Source of the DNA: Hydrurus foetidus | Lineage: Eukaryota | Assembly (NCBI GenBank): GCA_900617105.1 | Contig: UYFQ01000001.1 | Span: forward strand, 1,798,001-1,862,000 | Direction: 5' to 3' | Length of the DNA: 64,000 bases | Shown here: positions 32,757 through 43,456 of the stretch, piece after piece | How the letters are laid out: every line of letters starts with the position of its first letter | Numbering within the stretch: position 1 is the stretch's first letter | Made by a program: the position numbers and the translations under genes | The notes under the pieces: model-generated | Seen by the model: the letters and a program-made list of their open reading frames with translations, nothing else | The model's database searches: none | Told to the model about the DNA's origin: nothing

Positions 32757-34006
32757 CTATCGATCTCCCCAAACACAATATCCATCGTGCCAATCACTGC
32801 TACCGCATCAGCAATCATGTGGCCGCGTGACATTTCGTCCATGGCAGCCAAGTGTGAAAAGCCGGGTGGGCGAATTTTCAAACGGTACGGCTTGTTGGCA
32901 CCATCACTGACGATGTAAATGCCAAACTCACCTTTGGGGTGCTCCACCGCTGCATAGGCTTCGCCTTCGGGCACATGGAAGCCTTCGGTGAAGAGTTTGA
33001 AATGGTGAATCAATTCTTCCATGTTGGACTTCATTGATTCACGGTCCGGCGGAGCGACCTTGTGGTTGCTGGTGATCACCGGGCCAGGATTCACCCGCAG
33101 CCACGCTATGCACTGTTGAATGATGCGGTTCGACTGGCGCATTTCTTCAATGCGCACCAGATAGCGGTCGTAACAGTCACCGGTTTTGCCGACAGGGATG
33201 TCGAAGTCCATCTTGTCGTACACGTCATACGGCTGCTGCTTGCGCAAGTCCCACGCGAAGCCGGAGCCCCGGAGCATCGGGCCGGTAAAGCCGAGTGCCA
33301 AGGCGCGCTCTGGCGATACGACGCCAACACCCACAGTGCGCTGCTTCCAGATTCGGTTGTCGGTGAGCAGTGTTTCGTACTCATCGACATAACCAGGGAA
33401 TTTGTTGCAGAAGTCTTCAATGAAATCAAGCAATGAGCCTTGACGGTTTTCATTCAGCGCTTCAATAGCTTTCGCGTTTTTAACTTTGCTGACTCTGTAC
33501 TGCGGCATGCGGTCTGGCAGGTCACGGTACACGCCGCCCGGGCGGAAGTACGCGGCATGCATACGCGCACCCGATACCGCTTCGTACATGTCAAACAGTG
33601 ACTCACGCTCCCTGAAGCAGTAAATCAAAATATTCATCGCACCGCAGTCAAAGCCATGCGCGCCCAGCCACAGCAGATGGTTCAGCAGGCGGGTAATTTC
33701 GGCATACATCACGCGGATGTACTGTGCGCGCTCAGGCACATCAACGCCGATCAGTTTTTCAATAGCAAGGCAATAAGCTTGCTCGTTCGACATCATCGAC
33801 ACGTAATCGAGCCTGTCCATGTACGGCAATGACTGGATGTAGGTTTTGCTTTCAGCCAGCTTTTCAGTGGCGCGGTGCAACAGACCAATGTGCGGGTCCG
33901 CGCGTTGAATAACTTCGCCATCAAGCTCGAGCACCAAACGCAAAACGCCATGAGCCGCCGGGTGCTGTGGGCCAAAATTCAGTGTGTAGTTCTTTATTTC
34001 AGCCAT
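32753..34006 (-). CDS. nuoD: NADH-quinone oxidoreductase subunit D
   Basis: [31 protein letters not shown]. Confidence 0.97.
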   Translation of the reverse strand: MAEIKNYTLNFGPQHPAAHGVLRLVLELDGEVIQRADPHIGLLHRATEKLAESKTYIQSLPYMDRLDYVSMMSNEQAYCLAIEKLIGVDVPERAQYIRVMYAEITRLLNHLLWLGAHGFDCGAMNILIYCFRERESLFDMYEAVSGARMHAAYFRPGGVYRDLPDRMPQYRVSKVKNAKAIEALNENRQGSLLDFIEDFCNKFPGYVDEYETLLTDNRIWKQRTVGVGVVSPERALALGFTGPMLRGSGFAWDLRKQQPYDVYDKMDFDIPVGKTGDCYDRYLVRIEEMRQSNRIIQQCIAWLRVNPGPVITSNHKVAPPDRESMKSNMEELIHHFKLFTEGFHVPEGEAYAAVEHPKGEFGIYIVSDGANKPYRLKIRPPGFSHLAAMDEMSRGHMIADAVAVIGTMDIVFGEIDR

Positions 34007-34604
34007 GCTTGGCACCGCCGTAGTTTTCTTCGCGAATCACGCGCGGCGTGATTTCTCTCATCTCGATAGTGACGGGCTGGTAAATCACGCGCTTTTGTTC
34101 GGGGTCGTAACGCATTTCAACGTTACCCGTGGTCGGGAAGTCTTTGCGGAACGGGTGGCCGATAAAGCCATAGTCGGTCAAGATGCGGCGCAGGTCGTTG
34201 TGGCCTTCAAAAATAATGCCGAACAAGTCAAAAGCTTCGCGCTCAAACCAGTTGGCGGCGTTCCAGATGTCGTTGACGGAATCAACCACCGGGAAATCGT
34301 CATCAGCACAAAACACTTTTAAACGCAGGCGCTGGTTCAAACTGACCGACAACAAATGCGTAGACACGCAATAACGCAAGCCGTCGTATTGACCGTCTTT
34401 GTACTCTGAATAATCAATGCCGCACAGGTCAATCAATTGCTCAAATTTACAACCTGCCGAATCGCGAAGCAGCGTTGCTGCTGACAGGTAATCTGCGGCT
34501 GCCACTGTGACGGTGACTTCACCAAAAGCGATCTTGATGCTTTTGAGTTTGTCGCCAAGCGTGACGGAAACCGCTTCGCTGATTTGTTCTGGCGTTGCAG
34601 GCAT
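33999..34604 (-). CDS. nuoC: NADH-quinone oxidoreductase subunit C
   Basis: [41 protein letters not shown]. Confidence 0.96.
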   Translation of the reverse strand: MPATPEQISEAVSVTLGDKLKSIKIAFGEVTVTVAAADYLSAATLLRDSAGCKFEQLIDLCGIDYSEYKDGQYDGLRYCVSTHLLSVSLNQRLRLKVFCADDDFPVVDSVNDIWNAANWFEREAFDLFGIIFEGHNDLRRILTDYGFIGHPFRKDFPTTGNVEMRYDPEQKRVIYQPVTIEMREITPRVIREENYGGAKHG

Positions 34605-35083
34605 TACACCCTCGCAATCGTGTTGGTGCGACGAATTTTTTGCTGCAATTGAATGATGCCGTACATCAGCGCTTCGGCCGTCGGCGGGCAACCAGGTACG
34701 TACACGTCAACCGGCACGATGCGGTCACAGCCGCGCACGACTGAATAACTGTAGTGGTAATAGCCGCCGCCATTGGCGCATGACCCCATCGATAGCACCC
34801 AGCGTGGCTCTGACATTTGGTCATACACCTTGCGCAGGGCCGGGCCCATTTTGTTGCACAGCGTGCCGGCAACAATCATCAAATCAGACTGACGCGGGCT
34901 GGGGCGAAACAGCATGCCGAAACGGTCCAGGTCGTAACGCGCAGCACCGGCGTGCATCATCTCAACAGCGCAGCACGCCAGGCCAAAAGTCATTGGCCAC
35001 AGCGAGCCTGTTTTGGCCCAGTTGACCACCGAGTCGTAGCTCGTGGTCATGAAACCTTCGTTGAAAACACCTTCAAGTGACAT
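34604..35083 (-). CDS. nuoB: NADH-quinone oxidoreductase subunit B
   Basis: [26 protein letters not shown]. Confidence 0.97.
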   Translation of the reverse strand: MSLEGVFNEGFMTTSYDSVVNWAKTGSLWPMTFGLACCAVEMMHAGAARYDLDRFGMLFRPSPRQSDLMIVAGTLCNKMGPALRKVYDQMSEPRWVLSMGSCANGGGYYHYSYSVVRGCDRIVPVDVYVPGCPPTAEALMYGIIQLQQKIRRTNTIARV

Positions 35084-35122
35084 ACAAAACCTTTTGTCGC
35101 GCAGCGTGAGAAACCTTGATTT

Positions 35123-35482
35123 TCATTCCCAATCGAGCGCGCCTTTTTTCCACTCGTAGATAAACCCCACAACCAGGATGCCAAGAAAGACCATGACCGA
35201 CCAAAAGCCGACCGCGCCAATGTCTTTGAGCGCAACTGCCCAAGGGAAAAGAAAGGCGATTTCGAGGTCAAAAAGAATGAACAAAATAGCCACAAGGTAG
35301 TAGCGCACGTCAAACTTCATTCGGGCGTCTTCGAAGGCCTCGAATCCACACTCATAGGGGGAGTTTTTTTCGGCGTCGGGGCGAACCGGCCCGAGCAACC
35401 GACCGAGCACTTGGGGCACCACGCCCACGAGGACACCGATCAAAATGAACAAGAGCACGGGGAGGTATTGATCGAGGTTCAT
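35123..35482 (-). CDS. nuoA: NADH-quinone oxidoreductase subunit A
   Basis: [27 protein letters not shown]. Confidence 0.96.
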   Translation of the reverse strand: MNLDQYLPVLLFILIGVLVGVVPQVLGRLLGPVRPDAEKNSPYECGFEAFEDARMKFDVRYYLVAILFILFDLEIAFLFPWAVALKDIGAVGFWSVMVFLGILVVGFIYEWKKGALDWE

Positions 35483-35521
35483 GGTCAATTCGACGCAATA
35501 AAGCCGGTTTTCAAGATTAGG

Positions 35522-35555
35522 AGCCATTCAACTCGCAAAAGCGAGCTGAATGGCT
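35522..35555 (-). terminator. stem-loop downstream of tRNA-Leu
   Basis: AGCCATTCA.CTCGC-aaaa-GCGAG.TGAATGGCT long inverted repeat; no strong U-tract on the minus strand. Confidence 0.45.
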
Positions 35556-35561
35556 TTGATC

Positions 35562-35646
35562 TGGTGCGGACGGCGAGACTCGAACTCGCACACCTTTCGG
35601 CACTACCCCCTCAAGATAGCGTGTCTACCAATTTCACCACGTCCGC
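35562..35646 (-). tRNA. tRNA-Leu(GAG)
   Basis: Reverse complement GCGGACG...CTATC-TTGAGGG-GGTAG...GTTCGAGTC...CGTCCGCACCA: 85 nt, long variable arm, encoded CCA; usual secG-tRNA-Leu-nuoA synteny. Confidence 0.97.
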
Positions 35647-35762
35647 GGTTCTTAACAGCCTGAATCACAAGAGGAAACCATGAGGTTTTTAGCTCTTCAG
35701 ACAAGCTTAGAGTTTACCCTGAAATTACCTTTTCGCCGCTGGAGAAACGGCGCAAGGCAGCC

Positions 35763-36197
35763 TTATTTTGTGGGGATTTGCCCAACGCCTGAGGCCGCCA
35801 CTGCCGGTGCCGCTGGCGCAGCCGGGACGGTTGATGTCGCAGGAGCCGATGTGCCCGGGATTTGCGCAGCTGCACCTACCGGGGCAGACGCTGTACCCAC
35901 CGGCACGGGCGCTACCACTGCAGCGCCGTCAAGCACGCTGCCGCCACCGCTACGAGGCTGGGCGTTGCCAAAATAAGCCAACAACAAGGTACTGGCAAAA
36001 AATACCGCCGCCAGCACGCCGGTAGTGCGTGATAAAAAGTTGGCGCTGCCACTGGCGCCAAACAGGCTACCCGAGCCGCCGCTGCCAAATGCCGCACCCA
36101 TGTCCGCGCCTTTACCGTGCTGTACCAGTACCAAACCAATCATGACGATGGCTGTCAGCATTTGCACGGCAAGGACGATGGTTAAGATTACATTCAT
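35763..36197 (-). CDS. secG: preprotein translocase subunit SecG
   Basis: VLVQHGKGADMGAAFGSG..GSLFG, FLSRTT. Confidence 0.95.
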   Translation of the reverse strand: MNVILTIVLAVQMLTAIVMIGLVLVQHGKGADMGAAFGSGGSGSLFGASGSANFLSRTTGVLAAVFFASTLLLAYFGNAQPRSGGGSVLDGAAVVAPVPVGTASAPVGAAAQIPGTSAPATSTVPAAPAAPAVAASGVGQIPTK

Positions 36198-36205
36198 GTT
36201 AAATT

Positions 36206-36246
36206 ACTCCTGATTTAATAGCTGCTCGCGCCCGTATTTATTGAGC
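36206..36246 (+). repeat. 41-bp-core dispersed repeat, copy 5 (tpiA stop / secG RBS)
   Basis: ACT-CCTGATTTAAT-AGC-TGCTCGC-GCC-CGTATTTATTG-AGC. Confidence 0.92.
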
Positions 36247-36978
36247 TGCAGCAATAATTGATAAGAAATCTGCGGCTTTGAGTGATGCACCACCAATCAA
36301 ACCGCCGTCAATGTCGCTCTGCGACAAAAGGCTGGCTGCATTGGCGGCATTCATACTGCCGCCGTATAAAATTTTGACTCTTGCTGACTGGTCAGTCGCC
36401 GCTTTTAGCTGGCCACGCAGCACCGCGTGAACCGCCTGCGCTTGTTCGGGTGATGCGGTTTTGCCTGTGCCAATAGCCCAAACTGGCTCGTAAGCCACCA
36501 CGATTTCGCTAATGCAATGGCCGTTGGTATGAATCACTGCAGCCAATTGACGTTTGACGACTTCTTCAGTACGCCCTGCTTCGCGTTCAGCCAGTGTTTC
36601 GCCCACACAAACGATGGGGGTGATGCCAGCGGCCAAAGCGGCTTTGGCTTTGTCAGCGACCAGCGCATCGGTTTCACCGTGGTATTGGCGGCGTTCTGAA
36701 TGACCGACGATGGCGTAACGTGCGCCAAAATCCTTCAACATTGCTGCGCTAACTTCGCCTGTGAAAGCACCTGAAACTTGGGCTGATACGTCCTGCGAAC
36801 CCAAATCAATTGAAACGGTTTTCAGCGACTGAACTTGTGCAAAATACGCCGCAGGCACACAAATGGCAATATCGCAAGCTGGCTTGGCGCTCAAGCCCTG
36901 AGCCAAAGCCGCCAGCAAGGTTTCGTTGGCAGACAGGCTGCCATTCATCTTCCAGTTACCGGCAATCAGCTTTTTCAC
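36238..36978 (-). CDS. tpiA: triosephosphate isomerase
   Basis: [37 protein letters not shown] start overlapping the upstream stop. Confidence 0.97.
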   Translation of the reverse strand: MKKLIAGNWKMNGSLSANETLLAALAQGLSAKPACDIAICVPAAYFAQVQSLKTVSIDLGSQDVSAQVSGAFTGEVSAAMLKDFGARYAIVGHSERRQYHGETDALVADKAKAALAAGITPIVCVGETLAEREAGRTEEVVKRQLAAVIHTNGHCISEIVVAYEPVWAIGTGKTASPEQAQAVHAVLRGQLKAATDQSARVKILYGGSMNAANAASLLSQSDIDGGLIGGASLKAADFLSIIAAAQ

Positions 36979-37970
36979 GCTGCATCCCAAGTCAAAACAA
37001 TCTTGCCAATGTGCTGATTTGACTCCATCAGCGTATGCGCTTTGGCGGCGTCACCGGCTGCGAAAGTGCTGTGAATCACAGGTTTGATCGCGCCTTTTTC
37101 AAGGAAAGGCCAAACTTTTTCTTTGAGCGCTTTGGTTATCGCCGTTTTAAATTCAAGCGAGCGTGGGCGCAAGGTTGAACCGGTGATCGTCAAGCGTTTG
37201 CGCAGCACCAAACCGGCATTGATCTCGGCCTTGATACCGCCCTGCACCGCAATGATGACCAGGCGGCCGTCTTCTGCCATGCAGTCAACTTCACGCGCGA
37301 CGTAGCTACCAGCGACCATGTCCAAAATGACGTTAACGCCCTTGCCTGCCGTGAGTTTTTTGACTTCTTCAACAAAGTCATTCGCTTTGTAATTGATAGC
37401 ATGATCGGCACCCAGTGCAACGCAGGCAGCGCATTTTTCATCGCTACCCGCCGTCACGATAACGGTTGCACCCATGGCTTTGGCAATCTGAATGGCTGTC
37501 ACGCCAATGCCGCTGGAGCCGCCCTGAATCAGCAGCGTTTCGCCTTTGGCCAGATACGCCCGCTCGAAAACATTGCTCCACACGGTGAAGAACGTTTCGG
37601 GCAGTGATGCTGCTTCAATGTCGGTAAACCCTTTGGGCACTGGCAAACATTGCCCGACCGGCGCAACACACAGCTCGGCATAGCCACCGCCAGCTACGAG
37701 CGCGCAAACGCGGTCCCCAATTTTGAAGCCTGCTGCAGCCAGGGCCGCCTCGTCGCCTGAGACTACAACGCCAGCAACCTCCAGCCCAGGAATGTCCGAC
37801 GCACCAGGTGGAACCGGGTAGTTACCGGTTCGCTGCAGCACATCAGGCCGGTTGATGCCGGAAGCGCTCACACGAATCAACAGCTCGCCCACACCCGCAA
37901 TGGGTGCAGGGCGTTCAGCCAATCGCAGCACCTCGGGGGCACCAAAAGCGCTAATTTCAACAATTTTCAT
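36975..37970 (-). CDS. NAD(P)H-quinone oxidoreductase, PIG3/zeta-crystallin family
   Basis: GINRPD..QR.G.YP.PPGAS.IPGLE, GGSSGIG, HIGKIVL. Confidence 0.9.
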   Translation of the reverse strand: MKIVEISAFGAPEVLRLAERPAPIAGVGELLIRVSASGINRPDVLQRTGNYPVPPGASDIPGLEVAGVVVSGDEAALAAAGFKIGDRVCALVAGGGYAELCVAPVGQCLPVPKGFTDIEAASLPETFFTVWSNVFERAYLAKGETLLIQGGSSGIGVTAIQIAKAMGATVIVTAGSDEKCAACVALGADHAINYKANDFVEEVKKLTAGKGVNVILDMVAGSYVAREVDCMAEDGRLVIIAVQGGIKAEINAGLVLRKRLTITGSTLRPRSLEFKTAITKALKEKVWPFLEKGAIKPVIHSTFAAGDAAKAHTLMESNQHIGKIVLTWDAA

Positions 37971-37997
37971 GCTTTTTAGGTATCTTTTATGCCGCTA

Positions 37998-38038
37998 GCC
38001 CAATAAATACGGGCGCTAACAGCTATAAAAACAATAGT
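37998..38038 (-). repeat. 41-bp-core dispersed repeat, copy 6 (intergenic after pnp)
   Basis: Reverse complement ACT-ATTGTTTTTAT-AGC-TGTTAGC-GCC-CGTATTTATTG-GGC. Confidence 0.92.
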
Positions 38039-38046
38039 AAGCCAGA

Positions 38047-40164
38047 TTAACCGCGATCCTGATCTTGCGCCGGACGATCCAGCAACGCCTTCATCGACAG
38101 CTTGACACGGCCCTTTTCGTCGGTTTCCATGACCTTGACTTTGACGATCTGGCCTTCTTTCAAGTAGTCCTGAACGCGCTCGACACGCTCATGCGCAATC
38201 TGGCTGATGTGCAGCAAACCGTCTTTGCCTGGCAGCAAATTGATCAGTGCGCCGAAGTCCAAAATCTTGGTGACCGGGCCTTCATAGACCTTGCCAATTT
38301 CGACTTCAGCGGTGATCTCGGCGATGCGGCGCTTGGCCTCGTCTGCCTTGGCGCTGTCGTTCGACGCGATGGTGATGGTGCCATCTTCCTCGATGTTGAT
38401 CTGCGTGCCGGTTTCTTCGGTGAGGGCGCGAATGACTGCGCCGCCTTTGCCGATAACGTCACGAATCTTTTCGGGGTTGATCTTCATCACGTACAGGCGC
38501 GGCGCGAAGTCAGACACTTCGGTTTTTGCAGCGCCCATGGCTTCCTGCATTTTGCCGAGAATGTGCATGCGCGCTTCTTTGGCCTGAGCCAAAGCAACCT
38601 GCATGATTTCTTTGGTGATGCCCTGGATTTTGATGTCCATTTGCAGCGCGGTGATACCGAACGTGGTGCCCGCAACTTTGAAGTCCATGTCGCCCAAATG
38701 ATCTTCGTCGCCCAGAATGTCGGTTAACACTGCAAAGCGGTTGTCGTCTTTAATCAAACCCATGGCGATACCGGCCACGTGGGCTTTCATCGGCACGCCA
38801 GCGTCCATCAGGCTCAAGCAGCCGCCGCAGACCGAAGCCATTGACGATGAACCGTTGGACTCGGTGATTTCAGAAACGACCCGCATGGTGTACGGAAACT
38901 CTTCTTTGCTTGGCAGCACCGCAATCAGCGCACGCTTGGCCAAACGGCCGTGGCCAATTTCACGGCGCTTGGGTGAACCGACACGGCCCGTTTCGCCAGT
39001 GGCGAACGGAGGCATGTTGTAGTGCAGCATGAAGCGGTCTTCATAGTCACCGCTCAAAGCGTCAATACGCTGTGCATCGCGCTCGGTGCCCAGCGTGGTC
39101 ACCACCAGTGCCTGGGTTTCGCCGCGTGTGAACAGGGCTGAACCGTGGGTGCGTGGCAGCACAGAGTTGCGAATTTCAATCCCACGCACAGTGCGCGTGT
39201 CGCGACCGTCAATGCGCGGCTCGCCGGCCAGAATTTGGCTGCGAACGATTTTGGCCTCAATGTCAAACAACATGCCTTCAACCGCGACATGATCGAACGC
39301 CACGCCGTCGGCTTTGAGTGCGGCCATGACTTCAGCAGTCACGTCACGGCAAGCGTGGGTACGAGCTTGCTTGGCGCGGATTTGGTACGCAGCTTGCAGC
39401 TTGGCTTGGGCCAATGCGCCGACTTTGGCAATCAGCGGCTCGTCTTTGGCTGGGGCCTTCCAGTCCCAGACGGGTTTGCCTGCGTCACGCACCAAGTCGT
39501 GAATCGCGTTAATCGCAATGTTGCCTTGCTCGTGGCCGTAAACGATGGCGGCCAACATGATCTCTTCTGACAATTGGCTGGCTTCAGACTCAACCATCAG
39601 TACAGCGGCTTCGGTGCCCGCCACGACCAGGTCCATTTTTGAATCTTTTAGCTGGGTTTTGCCGGGGTTGAGCATGTACTGGCCGTCAACATACGCCACG
39701 CGAGCCGCTCCGATGGGGCCGTTGAACGGAATGCCAGAAATCGCCAACGCCGCGCTGGATGCGATCAGCGCGGGAATGTCGCCTTCGACTTCAGGGTTGA
39801 GCGACAACACGTGGATCACGACCTGCACTTCGTTGAAGAAGCCTTCAGGAAACAACGGGCGAATCGGGCGGTCAATCAGGCGTGAGGTCAGAGTTTCAAA
39901 CTCGCTGGGGCGGCCTTCGCGCTTGAAAAAGCTGCCAGGAATGCGGCCTGCAGCGTAGGTCTTCTCTAAGTAATCAACCGTTAGCGGAAAAAAGTCTTGG
40001 CCCGGCTTGGCGTCTTTTTTAGCGACAACGGTGGCCAGCACCACGGTGCCGTCCATGTCGAGCTTGACTGCGCCGCCAGATTGGCGCGCGATTTCACCGG
40101 TTTCCATCGTGACCGTGTGCTGGCCCCACTGAAAGGTTTTGGTAACTTTGTTAAAAATGCTCAT
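38047..40164 (-). CDS. pnp: polyribonucleotide nucleotidyltransferase (PNPase)
   Basis: [43 protein letters not shown] and S1 domains. Confidence 0.98.
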   Translation of the reverse strand: MSIFNKVTKTFQWGQHTVTMETGEIARQSGGAVKLDMDGTVVLATVVAKKDAKPGQDFFPLTVDYLEKTYAAGRIPGSFFKREGRPSEFETLTSRLIDRPIRPLFPEGFFNEVQVVIHVLSLNPEVEGDIPALIASSAALAISGIPFNGPIGAARVAYVDGQYMLNPGKTQLKDSKMDLVVAGTEAAVLMVESEASQLSEEIMLAAIVYGHEQGNIAINAIHDLVRDAGKPVWDWKAPAKDEPLIAKVGALAQAKLQAAYQIRAKQARTHACRDVTAEVMAALKADGVAFDHVAVEGMLFDIEAKIVRSQILAGEPRIDGRDTRTVRGIEIRNSVLPRTHGSALFTRGETQALVVTTLGTERDAQRIDALSGDYEDRFMLHYNMPPFATGETGRVGSPKRREIGHGRLAKRALIAVLPSKEEFPYTMRVVSEITESNGSSSMASVCGGCLSLMDAGVPMKAHVAGIAMGLIKDDNRFAVLTDILGDEDHLGDMDFKVAGTTFGITALQMDIKIQGITKEIMQVALAQAKEARMHILGKMQEAMGAAKTEVSDFAPRLYVMKINPEKIRDVIGKGGAVIRALTEETGTQINIEEDGTITIASNDSAKADEAKRRIAEITAEVEIGKVYEGPVTKILDFGALINLLPGKDGLLHISQIAHERVERVQDYLKEGQIVKVKVMETDEKGRVKLSMKALLDRPAQDQDRG

Positions 40165-40330
40165 AAAATATCTCCATCAGTTTTTAGCACTTAAGCCAGT
40201 GCAAAAGGCCCGGAGTGAAAGCTGTCTGGGCACAATGCCATTCCAAAAAATACCTGTTTTAGAAACAACGAATTTTGTGGAATGACACAGCTCGTACCTG
40301 TTTAGCCGTCTTTCCGAATGTTTTAAAGTA

Positions 40331-40368
40331 AAAAACGCCTGAGCTAGGTGACTAACTCAGGCGTTTTT
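40331..40368 (-). terminator. rho-independent terminator after rpsO
   Basis: AAAAACGCCTGAG...CTCAGGCGTTTTT stem with A/T tails on both sides. Confidence 0.85.
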
Positions 40369-40382
40369 AATGAATTTACCGA

Positions 40383-40649
40383 TTACTTGCGCAGGCCGAG
40401 TTTGGCGATCAGTGCGGTGTAGCGGGCAGCGTCTTTGGACTTCAGGTAGTCCAGCAGCTTGCGACGGCGGCTGACCATGCGCAGCAAACCGCGGCGACCG
40501 TGGTGATCCTTGGCGTGGGTTTTGAAGTGGGGCATCAACTCATTGATGCGGCCAGTCAGCAAACCCACTTGAACTTCTGGGCTGCCCGTGTCGCCTGGGG
40601 CACGTGCGTTGGACTGAACTATGTCAGCCTTGATTGATTTTGCGATCAT
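40383..40649 (-). CDS. rpsO: 30S ribosomal protein S15
   Basis: [32 protein letters not shown]. Confidence 0.98.
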   Translation of the reverse strand: MIAKSIKADIVQSNARAPGDTGSPEVQVGLLTGRINELMPHFKTHAKDHHGRRGLLRMVSRRRKLLDYLKSKDAARYTALIAKLGLRK

Positions 40650-40761
40650 GAAAAGTCTTTCTGCACCTGAGTGCTACTTGCGAGCGACACAGCTTTTCTA
40701 TAAAAAGAAACTGCCGTTGTCGTCGTGAAGCGCTTGGCGAAGTGCCGAGCACAGCTCCTGA

Positions 40762-41943
40762 TTATAGCCAGCTTTTAAGGCGCTGCACGCCCTGCCCCAA
40801 GCGGCCTAAATCCTCGCTGGCAAAGCACCAGCGCAGCCAGCCTTGGGAGTCTGGCCCGGGGTTGACCATGAAAGCATTGCCGGGGGCCAAACCCAGCCCG
40901 GCATCGACTACCAAACTTTTAGCCATTTGTAACGAATCGCCGTATTTCGCCTGGTCTTGCATCCTGAAAAACGCGTACATCCCGCCCTTGGCTGGGGCAA
41001 CCTGCACACCTGGCACCGCTTGCAATAGCGGAATCAGCGTGTCGCGGCAGGTTTTAAGGTGCGCCACCACGCGCGGCGTGACGTCCAGCGTGCGCTCAAT
41101 CGCTACCAGGCCAGCGCGTTGAATGAACACAGGCGCAGAGGACGTGTTGAATTCAATTAGCTTGCCCATTTGTGCGGTCATGTCTGGCGGCATGACCAGC
41201 CAGCCCAACCGCCAGCCGGTCATTGAAAAGCTTTTGGAAAAGCTGTTAACGACGACCAAACGGTCATCGGTCTCGGCAATATCCAGGAAGCTCGGGGCGC
41301 AACCATTGGCTGTCGGCTCAAAATAAAGCCGCTCATACACCTCATCCGCCAAAATCCACGTGCCCGTTTTCCGGCAATGCGCAAGAATAGTTTCTTGCTC
41401 AAAGCGCGACAGCGTCCAGCCCGTCGGGTTGTTCGGTGCGTTCAAAGTCAATAGCTTGGTTTTTGAAGTCACTGCAGCCAGCAACTCAGCCATGTCCAGC
41501 TGCCAAGCACCCTGCACCGGTTTCAGGCTAACAGACCGAATCACAGCGCCCATGATGGCGGGCTGCGCCGTCAAGTTCGGCCAGACTGGCGTGACAACCA
41601 CGACTTCATCGCCGCTATCGACCAACGCTTGCACGGCCAACATCAGTGCGTTCACGCCGCCGGACGTGACAGCAATCCGATCTGCTCCTATTTTTGAAGC
41701 GCCTTGCGCACGTATTATTTGGGCGTAGCGAGCAATCGCCTCTCGCAGCTCAGGCAGACCCAAGTTTTGCGCATAAAAGGTTTCGCCCTGCTGCATGGAA
41801 GACACCGCCGCATCACGGATGAACTGCGGCGTGACTTCATCACTCTCACCAAACCAGAATTTCAGCACATCGCTGCGGCCCATGCCCGCATTGGCGACCT
41901 GGCGGATCATGGATTCTTCTAGGTTTAAAACAGCTTGGCGCAT
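40762..41943 (-). CDS. PLP-dependent aminotransferase class I/II
   Basis: NAPNNPTG, ADEVY, NSFSKSFSMTGWRLGW. Confidence 0.92.
   Translation of the reverse strand: MRQAVLNLEESMIRQVANAGMGRSDVLKFWFGESDEVTPQFIRDAAVSSMQQGETFYAQNLGLPELREAIARYAQIIRAQGASKIGADRIAVTSGGVNALMLAVQALVDSGDEVVVVTPVWPNLTAQPAIMGAVIRSVSLKPVQGAWQLDMAELLAAVTSKTKLLTLNAPNNPTGWTLSRFEQETILAHCRKTGTWILADEVYERLYFEPTANGCAPSFLDIAETDDRLVVVNSFSKSFSMTGWRLGWLVMPPDMTAQMGKLIEFNTSSAPVFIQRAGLVAIERTLDVTPRVVAHLKTCRDTLIPLLQAVPGVQVAPAKGGMYAFFRMQDQAKYGDSLQMAKSLVVDAGLGLAPGNAFMVNPGPDSQGWLRWCFASEDLGRLGQGVQRLKSWL
41684..41724 (+). repeat. 41-bp-core dispersed repeat, copy 7 (in frame inside aminotransferase)
   Basis: GCT-CCTATTTTTGA-AGC-GCCTTGC-GCA-CGTATTATTTG-GGC. 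Confidence 0.75.
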
Positions 41944-41952
41944 ATCGAAGTC

Positions 41953-43209
41953 CTACGGCCTGACCATTTTGCAAGTCGTCGGCATGGCGGCCTTGTCGCT
42001 CGCAATCGTCTTGATCACCCGAAAGCCAAACCCCGACCCTTCCACATCAAACTTCACGCCCGCATCACCCAACTTGCCCATTTGCGCCACCAGCAACGGC
42101 TGCTGAAACTGATGGTCAGCTGCGCGCATAGCTCCGGTTTGCCCCGCCATGGTGACCACGGCCTTTTCCATCTGCGCAGCCACGGCACCAGCTTCAATGG
42201 ACCCGGCTTTCTCCATGCTCTGCGTCAAGGCCTCGATCACCATTTGCATCCGCATGTGAACGTAGTCGTCTTTGGCCAAAGGAAAGCGTTGACGAAATGA
42301 TTGGTAAAACGCTTCTGACGGCGTACCCGCTGCATTCGGAAACCACTCGGCCACGGCAATCACTTTGCCCACGCCCGCATCACCAATGGCGGCAGGTGCG
42401 CCCAGTGCGTTGCCGTAAAAGGTGTAGAACTTGCCTTCAAAACCCACGTCTTTGGCGGCCTTGATGAGCAGCGTCAAATCATTGCCCCAATTGCCAGTTA
42501 GCACCGCTTGTGCGCCGCTGGCTTTGATTTTGGCGGCGTAGGGGATGAAGTCTTTGACCCGGCCCAGTGGGTGCAGCTCGTCGCCGACGATTTGCACGTC
42601 TGGGCGCTGCGCAGTAACTTGCCTGCGCGCTTCTTTCAAAACCGACTGGCCAAAGCTGTAGTCCTGGCCAATCAGGTAGATGCTTTTCGTGTTTTTGTCG
42701 CCAGCAAAAACATCCATCAGCGCCGTCATGCGCATGTCGGCGTGGGCGTCAAACCTGAAGTGCCAGTAGCTGCACTTTTCATTGGTCAGCGTTGGGTCGA
42801 CTGCCGAGTAATTCAAAAACAGCACGCGCTTGGCTGGCTCACGCTCGTTGTGTTTGTTGATCGCGTCAATCAACACAGCTGCGGTGGCAGATGAATTGCC
42901 TTGGGCAACAACTGTCACGCCGTCGTCTATTGCAGCGCGCAGTGCGCTCAGGGCTTCTTCGTTTTGGCCTTTGCTGTCGTAGCGCTCAATCAACAAATTG
43001 CGCGCACCGCCTGGCAGCTTGACGCCACCACGTACGTTGACACGCTCGGTGGCCCACACCAGGTTGCGGAAAACAGCTTCGCCTGTGTTGGCAAAGGGGC
43101 CAGACATGCTTTCGATCAGCGCGACTTTGATGGGCGCGTTTTGGGCTGCCGCCGACAGAGAAACAGCCAAGCCGAACGCCAATAGAAGAGTTTTAAGTGT
43201 TTTGAACAT
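41953..43209 (-). CDS. branched-chain amino acid (LivK-type) ABC substrate-binding protein
   Basis: Signal peptide, IKVALIESMSGPFA, QDYSFG; no cognate permease adjacent. Confidence 0.85.
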   Translation of the reverse strand: MFKTLKTLLLAFGLAVSLSAAAQNAPIKVALIESMSGPFANTGEAVFRNLVWATERVNVRGGVKLPGGARNLLIERYDSKGQNEEALSALRAAIDDGVTVVAQGNSSATAAVLIDAINKHNEREPAKRVLFLNYSAVDPTLTNEKCSYWHFRFDAHADMRMTALMDVFAGDKNTKSIYLIGQDYSFGQSVLKEARRQVTAQRPDVQIVGDELHPLGRVKDFIPYAAKIKASGAQAVLTGNWGNDLTLLIKAAKDVGFEGKFYTFYGNALGAPAAIGDAGVGKVIAVAEWFPNAAGTPSEAFYQSFRQRFPLAKDDYVHMRMQMVIEALTQSMEKAGSIEAGAVAAQMEKAVVTMAGQTGAMRAADHQFQQPLLVAQMGKLGDAGVKFDVEGSGFGFRVIKTIASDKAAMPTTCKMVRP

Positions 43210-43218
43210 CAAGTGATT

Positions 43219-43259
43219 ACTATTAATTTAGGAGCTTCTAGCGCCCGTATTTATTGGGC
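43219..43259 (+). repeat. 41-bp-core dispersed repeat, copy 8 (intergenic)
   Basis: ACT-ATTAATTTAGG-AGC-TTCTAGC-GCC-CGTATTTATTG-GGC then TACAG. Confidence 0.93.
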
Positions 43260-43272
43260 TACAGCATGAATT

Positions 43273-43455
43273 TTATTCCCTCCCCTTTCGGGAGAGGATT
43301 AGGGTGGGGGCAAGTGCTGAAACAGTGCTGGCATTGTGCGTGCCCCCATCCCCGCCTCACGTGCAGTCGCCAGAAGCGACAGCTCTTTGGCCTGTCCAAG
43401 TCTGCACCTGCGGACTTGTAGCCGCAGGCCGCAGCCCCGGGAGGGGAAGGAGTAA
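43273..43455. repeat. REP/REPIN- or MITE-like element with ~20-bp terminal inverted repeats and a nested insertion
   Basis: TTATTCCCTCCCCTTTCGGG ... CCCGGGAGGGGAAGGAGTAA; inner GGGTGGGGGCA/TGCCCCCATCC stem. Confidence 0.65.
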
Positions 43456-43456
43456 G

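Noticed and set aside
35562..35646. tRNA-Leu as an integration site for an island
   Set aside because: No integrase or duplicated tRNA 3' end; the usual secG-tRNA-nuoA synteny is intact.
40650..40760. S15 autoregulatory leader upstream of rpsO
   Set aside because: Expected by position and a hairpin is present, but I cannot verify a known structure by eye.
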